NCBI GenBank assembly: GCA_038231135.1
Contig: JBBRLX010000008.1
Span: forward strand, 32,001 to 96,000
DNA from: Candidatus Eiseniibacteriota bacterium
GTDB taxonomy: Bacteria > Eisenbacteria > RBG-16-71-46
Direction of reading: 5' to 3'
Length of the DNA stretch: 64,000 nt
Positions 9,320 to 18,518 of this stretch are shown here, in pieces. The notes beneath the pieces were generated by a model. It made no database searches. It was given only the letters and a program-made list of their open reading frames with translations, and was not told where the DNA came from. Each line of letters begins with the position of its first letter. Positions within the stretch are counted from its first letter, which is position 1. The position numbers were made by a program, and so were the translations under genes.

Positions 9320-10702
9320 TTAGGAGGCTTTCCGTGCGGCCAGCCGTGGACCCGGCCTGCGCCGGGCGCCCGCCTTCACGCCGGCACGCCCGCGTCCCAC
9401 GCCGACGTGCGTCCAGCCCGCGGCCTCGACTTCGATCGGATCGTAGAGGTTGCGAAGGTCGCACAGCACCGGCTTCTTCATCACGCGCTTGAGCCGGGCC
9501 AGATCCATGTTCCGGAACTCGTTCCACTCCGTGATGATCGCGATCGCATGCGCGCCACGGGCGCAGCCGAGCGCGTCATCGGCGAACTCGACGCCGCGCA
9601 TCGCCGGCAGCTTCTTGGCGCCGGGCATCGACACCGGATCGAACGCGCGAACCTTCACGCCGCGGCGCTTGAGTCCGGCGATGATCTGCAGCGCCGGCGC
9701 TTCGCGCAGGTCGTCGGTGTTGGGCTTGAACGCCAGGCCCAGCACGGCGACGGTCTTGCCACGCGGCGAACCGATCGAGGCGCAGATCTTGTCGACCATG
9801 AGCCGCATCTGGTTCTCGTTGGCCCGGATCACGGCGTCGACGATGTTCGATTCCACCTTCGCGTCGCCCGCGAACGCCGACAACGCGTGCGTGTCCTTCG
9901 GGAAGCACGAACCCCCGTAGCCGGGACCGGCGTGCAGGAACTTGGAGCCGATGCGGCGGTCCATGCCCACGCCCTTCGCGACCATCTGGACGTCGGCGCC
10001 GAGCACCTCGCACAGGTTCGCAATCTCGTTGATGAACGAGATCTTGGTGGCGAGGAAGCAGTTCGACGCGTACTTGATCAGCTCGGCGGTCTCGAGCGAC
10101 GTTACGACCATCGGCGTCTCGATCAGGAACAACGGATCGTGGATCTTGCGCAGCACCTCTTCGGCCTTGCGCGATTCGGCGCCGATGACGACGCGGTCGG
10201 GCCGCATGAACGTCTCGATCGCCGAGCCCTCGCGCAGGAATTCGGGATTCGACGCGACGTCGAACTCGCCGCCGCGCTTCGCGAACTTGCGCATCCAGCC
10301 ATACAGGCTGCGTGCGGTGCCTACGGGTGCGGTGCTCTTCTGCACCACGAGCTTGTAGCCGTCGAGGTTCTGGGCCACGATCTTGGCGACGGCGTAGATC
10401 GCGCTGGTATCCGCCGACCCGTCGGCGCGCGGCGGCGTCCCAACGGTGATGAACACGACTTTCGAACCCTTGAGCGCATCCTTGAGGTCGCTGCTGAACT
10501 TCAGCCGGCCCTCGACGACATTCCGCTCCACGAGCTCGGGCAGTCCGGGTTCGAAGAATGGCAACTCGCGATTGCGCAGGCGTTCGATCTTGCCCGCATC
10601 GGCGTCGACGCACGTGACGTGATTGCCGAAGTCGGCAAGGCAGGCGCCAGTCACGAGGCCGACGTAGCCGGTCCCCACCACAGTGATCGAGTACAGAGGC
10701 AT
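9320..10702 (-). CDS. ugd: UDP-glucose 6-dehydrogenase
   Basis: GTGYVGLV, SNPEFLREG, GYGGSCFPKD (catalytic Cys), GLAFKPNTDDLRE. Confidence 0.95.
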   Translation of the reverse strand: MPLYSITVVGTGYVGLVTGACLADFGNHVTCVDADAGKIERLRNRELPFFEPGLPELVERNVVEGRLKFSSDLKDALKGSKVVFITVGTPPRADGSADTSAIYAVAKIVAQNLDGYKLVVQKSTAPVGTARSLYGWMRKFAKRGGEFDVASNPEFLREGSAIETFMRPDRVVIGAESRKAEEVLRKIHDPLFLIETPMVVTSLETAELIKYASNCFLATKISFINEIANLCEVLGADVQMVAKGVGMDRRIGSKFLHAGPGYGGSCFPKDTHALSAFAGDAKVESNIVDAVIRANENQMRLMVDKICASIGSPRGKTVAVLGLAFKPNTDDLREAPALQIIAGLKRRGVKVRAFDPVSMPGAKKLPAMRGVEFADDALGCARGAHAIAIITEWNEFRNMDLARLKRVMKKPVLCDLRNLYDPIEVEAAGWTHVGVGRGRAGVKAGARRRPGPRLAARKAS

Positions 10703-10759
10703 GCCCTTTCGCTACGCGCCGGTGTCGACCGGCGCAGTCCGGCAGCTACAGAAGTGCCT

Positions 10760-10788
10760 AAGATAGGTTTCGCCGGAGTTCCGGTCAA
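10760..10788 (-). promoter_or_regulatory. Sigma70-type promoter of the ugd-rmlC-rmlB-wza-wzz operon
   Basis: TTGACC (10788-10783), N17, TATCTT (10765-10760) on the minus strand. Confidence 0.65.
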
Positions 10789-10924
10789 TTCGGAACCCCC
10801 TCCAGCCCATTTCCTTGCATCGACCGGCTCGGGCGAAAACCTGAGCGGATTTTCACCTCGACAAGCAGCTGATTCTTAGGCGCGGCGAGGTGATTGTCAT
10901 AGCGTTGACGGCCGGGCCTTGCGC

Positions 10925-11896
10925 TTACGCGCCCGCCCCGCGCACGCGGACACGCCAATCCTCGAGCACGTCCGCGAGCGTTTGGTCGAGCGGGATCGCG
11001 GGCGACCAGCCGGTGTCGCGCCCGATCGCGGTGCGATCGCCGACGAGCCACCGCACGTCCGCCGGCCGCATGCGCGCCGGGTCCACGCGCACCTCGACCG
11101 GCACCCGCGACGCCGCGGCCAGCCGGCGCACCACGTCCGTCAGCCGCACGCCTTCGCCGCTGCACACATTGTAGGCCGCGCCCGCCTTGCCACGCTCGAA
11201 CAGCGCGACGTAGGCGAGCGCGACATCGCGCACGTCGCACAGATCACGCACCACGTCGAGATTGCCGACTTCGAGCACCGGCGCTCCGCGGCCCGCCTCG
11301 GCGTTCGCGATCTGTTGCGCGAATGCCGGGATCGCGAAGCGTGGCTCCTGGCCGGGACCGGCGTGACCGAACGACCGCGCGCGCACCACGTACTGGCCGC
11401 GCTGCGACGCGATCGCGCCGAACGCGTCGGCCGCCGCCTTGGAGATGCCGTAGGGGCTCACCGGCCGCTGCGTGGCGTCCTCGGCCACGCGCACGCCGTC
11501 ACCGCCCGCGCCGTAGATCTCGCCGCTGGTGACGAGCACGATCCGCGCGTGCGGGGCGTAGATCCGCGCCGCCTCGAGCAGGTGCCAGGTGCCGAGACTG
11601 TTCACCTGGAACGTCTCGAGCGGATGCTCGAACGAGCGCGCGGCGCTGCTCTGCCCGGCGAGGTGCAGCAGGCAGTCCGGCTCGGCTTGCGCGACCGCGG
11701 TCGCGAGACTGTCGGGGTCCAGCAGGTCCGAGTCGTGCCATGCCGCGAGCGGCATGCCCTCCGGGCGCGGTCCGCCGGTGCCGTCGACGCTCGCCCCGAG
11801 CTCCGCGAGCGCCCGCACCACGTGGTGACCCACGAAGCCTCCGGCACCCGTCACCAGCACCCTGCGCCCCTGCCAGCCGCCGAACGCGTCCGCCAT
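10925..11896 (-). CDS. GDP-4-keto-6-deoxy-mannose reductase / GDP-mannose dehydratase-like extended SDR (Rmd-like)
   Basis: VTGAGGFVG, HLAGQSS, TSGEIYG, YGISK, VGNLDVVRDLCDVRD. Confidence 0.85.
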   Translation of the reverse strand: MADAFGGWQGRRVLVTGAGGFVGHHVVRALAELGASVDGTGGPRPEGMPLAAWHDSDLLDPDSLATAVAQAEPDCLLHLAGQSSAARSFEHPLETFQVNSLGTWHLLEAARIYAPHARIVLVTSGEIYGAGGDGVRVAEDATQRPVSPYGISKAAADAFGAIASQRGQYVVRARSFGHAGPGQEPRFAIPAFAQQIANAEAGRGAPVLEVGNLDVVRDLCDVRDVALAYVALFERGKAGAAYNVCSGEGVRLTDVVRRLAAASRVPVEVRVDPARMRPADVRWLVGDRTAIGRDTGWSPAIPLDQTLADVLEDWRVRVRGAGA

Positions 11897-11907
11897 ACGG
11901 GATCCCA

Positions 11908-12861
11908 CTAGCGGGTCCGCCAGTACTCCAGCATGTCCGCCAGCGTGGTTTCGAACGGAATCGTCGGCTGCCAGCCCGTGACCGCCGAGAACTTGGAATG
12001 GTCGCCGAGCAAAATGGGCACGTCGCTGGGACGCAGTCGTGCGGGATCCTGGCGCACTTCGATCTTCGTACGCGAGAGCCCGAGCAGGTGGTCCAGCATG
12101 TCGCCGATCCGCCACGCCTTGCCGCTGCAGATGTTGTAGACCTCGCCGGGCTCGCACTTCTCGAGCGCCAGCCAGTACGCCCGTACCATGTCGCGTACGT
12201 CGGTGAAGTCCCGCAGCGCGTCGAGGTTGCCGACGCGGACCACCGGTTCGCGGCGGCCGTTCTCGATATCCGCGATCTGCTTCGCGAAATCCGACGCGAC
12301 GAACACCGGACCGCGTCGCGGGCCTTCGTGATTGAAGCCGCGCGTACGCACGCTATCGACCTGCCACGACATCCAGTACTGGTAGCCGAGCATGTCCTGC
12401 GCCACCTTGCTCACGGCGTAGGGCGACAGCGGGCGCAGCGGGTTCGTCTCGCGGATCGGGGTCTCGTCGGGAAACACCATGCCGTATTCCTCGCTCGAAC
12501 ACGCGAGCTGGATCCGGCATTTCAGTCCGATGCGGCGCACCGCCTCGAACAGGTTCACCTGCCCGAGGATGTTGGTGGTGAGCGATTCGGTGGGTGCGCT
12601 CCACGACGTCGGGACGAATGACTGGGCCGCGAGGTGGAAGATCCAGTCGGGCCGCACCTTCTCGAGCGTGTCGCGGGTCGAGGACGAATCGCGCAGGTCG
12701 CACTCCAGCAGCGTGATGCGGTCGCGGACATGCTCGATGTTCTCGGTGCGGCTCCGCCACCGCAGGATGCCGTAGATCTCGGCGTCGCCGCGTTCCAGCA
12801 TATAGTCGACGAGGTGGCTGCCGGCGAAGCCGGTGACCCCGGTCACGAGCACTCGACGCAT
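11908..12861 (-). CDS. GDP-mannose 4,6-dehydratase / Rmd-like extended SDR
   Basis: VTGVTGFAGSHL, HLAAQSFVPTSW, SSEEYG, YAVSK, FNHEGPRR, RLRPSDV. Start is ATG 12861, behind a GGGGGA SD. Confidence 0.9.
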   Translation of the reverse strand: MRRVLVTGVTGFAGSHLVDYMLERGDAEIYGILRWRSRTENIEHVRDRITLLECDLRDSSSTRDTLEKVRPDWIFHLAAQSFVPTSWSAPTESLTTNILGQVNLFEAVRRIGLKCRIQLACSSEEYGMVFPDETPIRETNPLRPLSPYAVSKVAQDMLGYQYWMSWQVDSVRTRGFNHEGPRRGPVFVASDFAKQIADIENGRREPVVRVGNLDALRDFTDVRDMVRAYWLALEKCEPGEVYNICSGKAWRIGDMLDHLLGLSRTKIEVRQDPARLRPSDVPILLGDHSKFSAVTGWQPTIPFETTLADMLEYWRTR

Positions 12862-12905
12862 GAAGGTTCCCCCGAATCCGGTCTTGGTGAAGCGGGCAGC
12901 GGCGG

Positions 12906-12935
12906 ACGATAGGGTTCGCGGGACCCCGGGGTCAA
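12906..12935 (-). promoter_or_regulatory. Sigma70-type promoter of the two GDP-sugar SDR genes
   Basis: TTGACC (12935-12930), N18, TATCGT (12911-12906). Confidence 0.55.
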
Positions 12936-12995
12936 CGCGCGGGAGCAGCGTCCGGGGTCCGTCCCGGCATCGATCCGCGCCCCCGACCGCACCGA

Positions 12996-14255
12996 TCAGC
13001 GGCCGGTCTCGGCTCCGATCCGCGTCTCCGGCAGGCGGCTGCGACCATTGGTGCGTGGCATCTTGCGGTGCTCGATCGGCGGGGCGCTGTCCGGCGGCCG
13101 CACCGGGAACACCGGAGCGACGGCGGCGTCCAGGGCCAGCGCCCAATCGGCGTTGCCGAGCTTGGATTTGTCGATGTCCCTGGCGTACACCCGCCACACG
13201 GTCCGCGCGACGCCGAGGTACCGGGCATCCCCCGCGACGCTCGACAGCTCGCACAGGAACAGCGCGGCGCGCGCGTTCTCGACCGCATCGCGGCCGGGCA
13301 TCCGCGTGAACCGGCCCTTCTTGAGCGTCATCGCACTGCGGAATGCTCCCACCTTGTCGGTGTAGCGCCGGATCATCAGGTCGGCCACCCGGCGCGCGCG
13401 CACCAGATCGCCCGGCCGGCCGCCGAGTTTGGCGCTGAGCACCAGGGCGCGACCCATCTCGGTCTGGTCCGCGAGCTGCGGCAGCGCGAGCAACTCGCCG
13501 AACGAGTCGGTGCGCACGAACCCCAGGCTGTCGCGCCACGCGGAGGCCCACACGCGGTCGATGCTGCGATAGGCGAAGTCGCGGCAGCGCGAATCCCGCG
13601 CCGTGGCCCACCACCTCAGCCACGCGTGGACCGCGACACCGTTCACATCGGGCACCAGGTCCTGGTCGCCCACCGGATCCGACGTGAACCCGCCGCGGCC
13701 GTCGACGACGTTGCGGTCGGCGAATTCCAGCAAGCGCACGGCCGTCACCCAGTAGCGCGTGTCGTTCGTGGCCTCCCAGGCTTCGATCAGGTTCTCGAGC
13801 CGGCGCGCGTTGAGCCGCGTCGGGCGCTGGAACTGGTTCTGGCCGGCGACGCGCTCGGCATGCACGTAGAACCCGCCGCCCACGCTGTCCTCGAGCCCGA
13901 GCATCCACCGGGCCGTGAAGTCGCCACGGTCCTTCCAGCGCTCCTGCCCCGCACGGCGGCCGAGCAGGAACGCGAGATCGACCGCGCTCTCGCTCATCAC
14001 CCCGTGCGACACGAAGCCGCCCGCCGTGCTGTCGAACGAGTCCTCGACGCGATAGCACACCCGCTGCCACAGCGCCTGCTCGTCGGGATCGAGGCCGCCA
14101 AGCACCAGCGGCTCACGTGGCCTGGACTCGGATGCATGGTGGTGCGCCGCGAATGCGGCCGCGGGCGGCAGCGCCAGACTGCCGAGCACGAGCAGTGCGG
14201 CCAGCGGCGCGAAGCGCAGGGCACGACGGGCGCTGGCAGCAATGATCGGGTTCAA
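12996..14255 (-). CDS. Secreted (alpha/alpha)6-barrel protein, YyaL/SSP411- or AGE-epimerase-like
   Basis: TTG start 5 nt after GGAGGT; signal peptide; repeated DxxxGGF turns (FDSTAGGF, LEDSVGGGFY, VVDGRGGF, YTDKVGAF). Confidence 0.6.
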   Translation of the reverse strand: MNPIIAASARRALRFAPLAALLVLGSLALPPAAAFAAHHHASESRPREPLVLGGLDPDEQALWQRVCYRVEDSFDSTAGGFVSHGVMSESAVDLAFLLGRRAGQERWKDRGDFTARWMLGLEDSVGGGFYVHAERVAGQNQFQRPTRLNARRLENLIEAWEATNDTRYWVTAVRLLEFADRNVVDGRGGFTSDPVGDQDLVPDVNGVAVHAWLRWWATARDSRCRDFAYRSIDRVWASAWRDSLGFVRTDSFGELLALPQLADQTEMGRALVLSAKLGGRPGDLVRARRVADLMIRRYTDKVGAFRSAMTLKKGRFTRMPGRDAVENARAALFLCELSSVAGDARYLGVARTVWRVYARDIDKSKLGNADWALALDAAVAPVFPVRPPDSAPPIEHRKMPRTNGRSRLPETRIGAETGR

Positions 14256-14463
14256 GCGGCACCTCCAGGGTGGCGGCGCCGTCCGGTACCAGGAATGTTC
14301 AGGCCGCCGGGCGACGGAGCGAGTCCGGTATGGTTTCGGCACCCGGAAGCCGTCTCTTGATGCCTGTGAACCGGGGCCCGGACCGGGGCCCATGCGGAGG
14401 CATGGCGGTCGGTCGTGTTCGCATTGCCCGCGCGGCGCCGCGTATGGCGCAGGCCGAAGCCAG

Positions 14464-16452
14464 CTAGGGAATCAGCACCTTCGCCACCGCGAGCAGCGCG
14501 ATCGTCACGCCCATCAGGCTCTCGCCGGCGATGATGCCCGACGACACCGGCACCACGTACTCCTCTGCCATTTTCTTGTTCGCCTTGTGGAGTCCCCACG
14601 CCAGCACTGCGCCGATGAACATCGAGATCGAGTAGTACGCGGTGATCGTGAACGCGAGGCCGAGGCCGACCGGCGACGGGATGAAGTTGCGCTGCTTGGG
14701 GAACATCTTTTCGAGCACCGTCAGCACGATGCCGGCTACGGCGCCGATCACGAGGCCGACGCGGGCGCTCGCCTTCAGCGCCTCGACGCCGTGCGCCAGC
14801 AGCTCGGCGACGCCGCGCCACACCTGCGCCGCGGGCGCAGGCCACTGGTCGGTGCCGAGCAGCGACGCGTTGGGGATCAGCACGAAGAACACCGGGACCA
14901 CGACCAGCGTGCCCACGAGCACGCCAAAGAACTGCGCGATGAACTGCTGGCGCGGCTTGGCGCCCAGCAGGTAGCCGCTCTTGAGATCGGTGAGCAGGTC
15001 GCCCGCGTGGCTGCACGCGCCGGCGGTGACGGTCGCGGTCATGAGATTCGTGGTGATGTTGCCGGGCGCGAGCGCGCCGAACGTGAGCTGGGTGATCTTG
15101 CTCAGCGGCCCCGTCGGCGTGATGTCGGTCTCGCCGGTCGCGCGGCCCGCCACCACCACCAGCAGGAACGTCATCAGCACCGCGATGACGCCCATCCACC
15201 AGTGGATGTGGAAGTACTTGATGCCGAGCAGAATGGTCGCGATGCCGAACACCAGCATGCCGCCGATGAACCACGAGCCCGGCACCTCGATGCGATCCAT
15301 CGGGTCCTCGACCCGGGCGGTCTTGCGCGACCGGAAGATCGCGCCGATCGTGCTGAACGCGCGCACCACGGTCTTCCACTGCAGCACGAACAGCAGCAGG
15401 CCCGACGTCACCATCATCGGGACGCCGATCCACAGGCTCCAGCTCGAGATCCGGCGCAGCGCGCTGCCGCCGGTCTCCGCGATGTCGCCGCGCGCCATGA
15501 ACATCGGCGCCAGGATCGCGAAGTTGATCACGGTGCCGAGCATCAGGCTCCACGCCTGACGCATGCCCATGATCGCGCCCGCGGCGACGAACAGGAACGA
15601 GCCCTCGAACGACAGCGTGAGATCCTGGCGCATGCGATACTTGCCGATGTGCCACCAGCCAGGCAGCCAGTCGCCGGGCAGCCAGGTGCTCGGGATGTGC
15701 GGGTACTGGATCCACGACAGCGGCGTCGCGATAAATTTGGGCAGTGAAGCCGGCGGCGCGATGCGCGTCCAGCCGAAGCCGCTCTGACCCCAGTTCGTGG
15801 TGTTCATCCACGTCGCGTTCGCGTCGCGGAACCACGTGACGACCGAGCCGCACAGCACCGCGATCCCCAGCGATCGCGCCTGCCGCGCTGCGGCACCGCC
15901 TTTGTCGCTGTGCAGGGTCTTGAGCGTGGTCGCGGCCGCGATCCCCGACGGGAACCGGAGTTGCTCGATGTTGATCATCTGCCGCTTCGCCGGCACCGCG
16001 AGGAACACACCGAGCATCGAGATCACCCCGACCCACGCCATCAGCACCCACTGGCTCGGCACCGCGTTCGGCTGCATCATCATCAGCGCGGGGATCGAGT
16101 TCACGATGCCGGCGCCCGTCATGTAGCCCGCCGCCGACGCGCACGACGCCATCGCGTTGTTCTCGAGTATGCTGAACTCGGGGAAGCCCTTGGGGAACAG
16201 CCGGTGCAGCGTGGAGAACGCGGCGAACGCGAGGATGCTCGAGGTGATCGCGACGCCGAGTCCCCACCCCGCCTTGAGCCCGACGTACACGTTCGACAGC
16301 GACATGATCGCGCCGAGACCCATGCCCATGATGACCGCGCGGGTCGTGAGCTGCGGCATGCGGTCGCCCGCGTAGACGTTCTCGAACCAGTCGCGCTCGA
16401 TCTGTTCGGGGGTCAGCGGGGTTTCGTCGACGGGAACGGCTTCGGTGGCCAC
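14464..16452 (-). CDS. OPT/YSL family oligopeptide transporter
   Basis: QLTTRAV, NVYVGLKAG, SILENN, LRFPSGIAAA, DLLTDLKSGYLLGAKPRQQ, SGIIAGESLMG. GTG start after GAGGA. Confidence 0.92.
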   Translation of the reverse strand: MATEAVPVDETPLTPEQIERDWFENVYAGDRMPQLTTRAVIMGMGLGAIMSLSNVYVGLKAGWGLGVAITSSILAFAAFSTLHRLFPKGFPEFSILENNAMASCASAAGYMTGAGIVNSIPALMMMQPNAVPSQWVLMAWVGVISMLGVFLAVPAKRQMINIEQLRFPSGIAAATTLKTLHSDKGGAAARQARSLGIAVLCGSVVTWFRDANATWMNTTNWGQSGFGWTRIAPPASLPKFIATPLSWIQYPHIPSTWLPGDWLPGWWHIGKYRMRQDLTLSFEGSFLFVAAGAIMGMRQAWSLMLGTVINFAILAPMFMARGDIAETGGSALRRISSWSLWIGVPMMVTSGLLLFVLQWKTVVRAFSTIGAIFRSRKTARVEDPMDRIEVPGSWFIGGMLVFGIATILLGIKYFHIHWWMGVIAVLMTFLLVVVAGRATGETDITPTGPLSKITQLTFGALAPGNITTNLMTATVTAGACSHAGDLLTDLKSGYLLGAKPRQQFIAQFFGVLVGTLVVVPVFFVLIPNASLLGTDQWPAPAAQVWRGVAELLAHGVEALKASARVGLVIGAVAGIVLTVLEKMFPKQRNFIPSPVGLGLAFTITAYYSISMFIGAVLAWGLHKANKKMAEEYVVPVSSGIIAGESLMGVTIALLAVAKVLIP

Positions 16453-16571
16453 GAGACGATCCTCAAAGGTGAACTGCCCGATCTGGAACGGGGGAATGAC
16501 CCCAACAGGGTGGCCGATGGGCGAATGCAAATACAAGGGGAATCGGGAGCTACACTCCGGTGCCGGCGGGT

Positions 16572-16601
16572 TTGCCGCGGAGCGGGTCGCGGTTCTAGAG
16601 T
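16572..16601 (+). promoter_or_regulatory. Sigma70-type promoter, probably leaderless
   Basis: TTGCCG, N18, TAGAGT, with ATG 16608 six nt further on. Confidence 0.5.
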
Positions 16602-16607
16602 TAAGGT

Positions 16608-18458
16608 ATGCAGCCGTCGATCCGTTCCGGAACCCGGCGACTCGAGGCACCCCCACCCCGCGTTTGGCCCGCTCCCCTGGCTATCCTCGCGGTCGCGCGG
16701 TCATTCGTCCCCGCGCTCGCCGCGTTCGTGGTGTGCGCCGCGGCGCCGGTGTTCGCCGCCGACGAGATCCACTGGACGATCACCGGCCCCGCTTCGATCA
16801 CGTTCGACTGGCGCGGCCCCGAGACCGCGATCGCGTTCGGTGAGACACCGGCCTACGGCCGCTCCTCCGCCGCCTACACTCCGTCTCCGCTGCCGTTCTC
16901 GTCCGCCGGCCCGTTCCGGGAGGCGCGGCTCACGGGACTCTCGCCGAACACGCTCTATCACTACGACCTCGGCCGCGGCGATCACACGTTCCGCACGGCG
17001 CCCGCACGAGGCAGCTCGGATTTCGTGATCTGCGTCGAGGGCGACATCGGCGACTCGACTTCCTACCCTGCCGGCGTGCCGGGGGTGCAGCATCTGATCG
17101 CCACGCAATTGCCGCGCTTCGCGCTGCTCGTCGGCGATCTCACCTACGCCAACGACCACGGCCAGTCCCATGTGGACCAGCACTACAACGACGTGATGCC
17201 GTGGTCCGAGGATGCCGCCTACATGCCGGCATGGGGCAACCACGAATGGGACAGCTCCGGCGACGACTTCCGCAACTACAAAGGCCGGTTCGACCTGCCG
17301 AACCCGCGCAGCGCCGTCGGCGCACCGACTGCGGGCGGCCCGGGCGAGGACTGGTACTGGTTCGACTACGGCAACGTGCGGTTCATCGCCTACCCCGAGC
17401 CGTTCAGCGGCGCCTGGCAGGCATGGGCCGCGAGCGCGGAGTCGCTGATGACCGAGGTCGACGCCGATCCCCAGATCGCGTTCATCGTCACGATGGGACA
17501 CCGGCCCGCGTATTCATCGGGCCATCATCCGGGCGCGGCGGATCTGCGGGCCATCCTCGACGCGCTAGGCGCGGGCCATCCCAAGTACCAGCTCGATCTG
17601 TGCGGACACAGCCATGGCTACGAACGCACGCACCCGCAGCACGGCGTGGTCCACACCACCGTCGGCACCGGAGGGGCGTCGTTGGAGGAGGAGAGCGGCT
17701 CCTGCCCGTGGCTGGGCGGCTGCCCGGCGCCCGCGTACACGGCGTATCGCGCGTTCCATCTGGGGACGCTGCGACTGCACTTCACCGCGAGCGCCATCGA
17801 AGGCACCGCACTGTGCGGGCCGCCCACCGCCAACGCCGACATCTCGTGCGTGCCCGGCGACGCGTTGGACACGTTCACGATCGTGCCCGGTAGCACGAAG
17901 GGACAGGTGCCGGTCATCGACTGTCCGCCGCCGCACACCGCGGTGGAAGGCGTGCCGGTGGCGTTCGACGTGATCGCGTCCGATCCCGACGGCCAGCCGG
18001 TGACGATCGTCGCGAACGGCCTGCCGCGCGGCGCGAAGTTCGACGGCACGCGCTTCGAATGGACGCCCGACTCGACCCAGGCCGGCGGCTACACCGTGAA
18101 CTTCCAGGCCAGCGACGGTGTGGAGGCCAGCGAGTGCGGCGTGCCCATCGAGGTGCGCGACGCAACGGTCCTGCTGCCCGCGCGCGTGGCGTTCGCCCCG
18201 CCGCGGCCGAATCCCGCGCCGGGCGCGATGACGCTGGCGTTCGAGCTGCCGGCAGCGGCGCGCGTGAGCGTGACGCTCTACGGCCTCGACGGCCGGTTCG
18301 TGGCGCGGATCGCGAACGACACGTACGGCCCCGGCCATCACGAGCTGCAATGGAACGGCCGCGGCGACGATGGCCGCCGCACCGGCTCGGGGGTGTACTA
18401 CCTGAGGTTCGAAGCGGGGGGTGTGGTGATGGCGCGGAGAGTCACGCTGGTGAGGTAG
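16608..18458 (+). CDS. Secreted purple-acid-phosphatase-like metallophosphoesterase with Ig-like domain and FlgD/T9SS-type CTD
   Basis: FN3-like N-terminus; GDIG, GDLTYA, GNHE, GHRP and GHSHGYER metal motifs; ASDPDG/FEWTP Ig domain; PNP...SGVYYLRF...RRVTLVR C-terminus. Confidence 0.85.
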   Translation: MQPSIRSGTRRLEAPPPRVWPAPLAILAVARSFVPALAAFVVCAAAPVFAADEIHWTITGPASITFDWRGPETAIAFGETPAYGRSSAAYTPSPLPFSSAGPFREARLTGLSPNTLYHYDLGRGDHTFRTAPARGSSDFVICVEGDIGDSTSYPAGVPGVQHLIATQLPRFALLVGDLTYANDHGQSHVDQHYNDVMPWSEDAAYMPAWGNHEWDSSGDDFRNYKGRFDLPNPRSAVGAPTAGGPGEDWYWFDYGNVRFIAYPEPFSGAWQAWAASAESLMTEVDADPQIAFIVTMGHRPAYSSGHHPGAADLRAILDALGAGHPKYQLDLCGHSHGYERTHPQHGVVHTTVGTGGASLEEESGSCPWLGGCPAPAYTAYRAFHLGTLRLHFTASAIEGTALCGPPTANADISCVPGDALDTFTIVPGSTKGQVPVIDCPPPHTAVEGVPVAFDVIASDPDGQPVTIVANGLPRGAKFDGTRFEWTPDSTQAGGYTVNFQASDGVEASECGVPIEVRDATVLLPARVAFAPPRPNPAPGAMTLAFELPAAARVSVTLYGLDGRFVARIANDTYGPGHHELQWNGRGDDGRRTGSGVYYLRFEAGGVVMARRVTLVR

Positions 18459-18518
18459 GTGCGATCGCGACGCTGCGCGAAGCAGCAAGATTGCTACGAT
18501 TCGCAGCAAATCCGTTGA

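Noticed and set aside
16540..16580. GGCAAAC upstream of the OPT gene as a c-di-GMP-I riboswitch
   Set aside because: No GNRA-capped P2 or downstream GCAAA elements.
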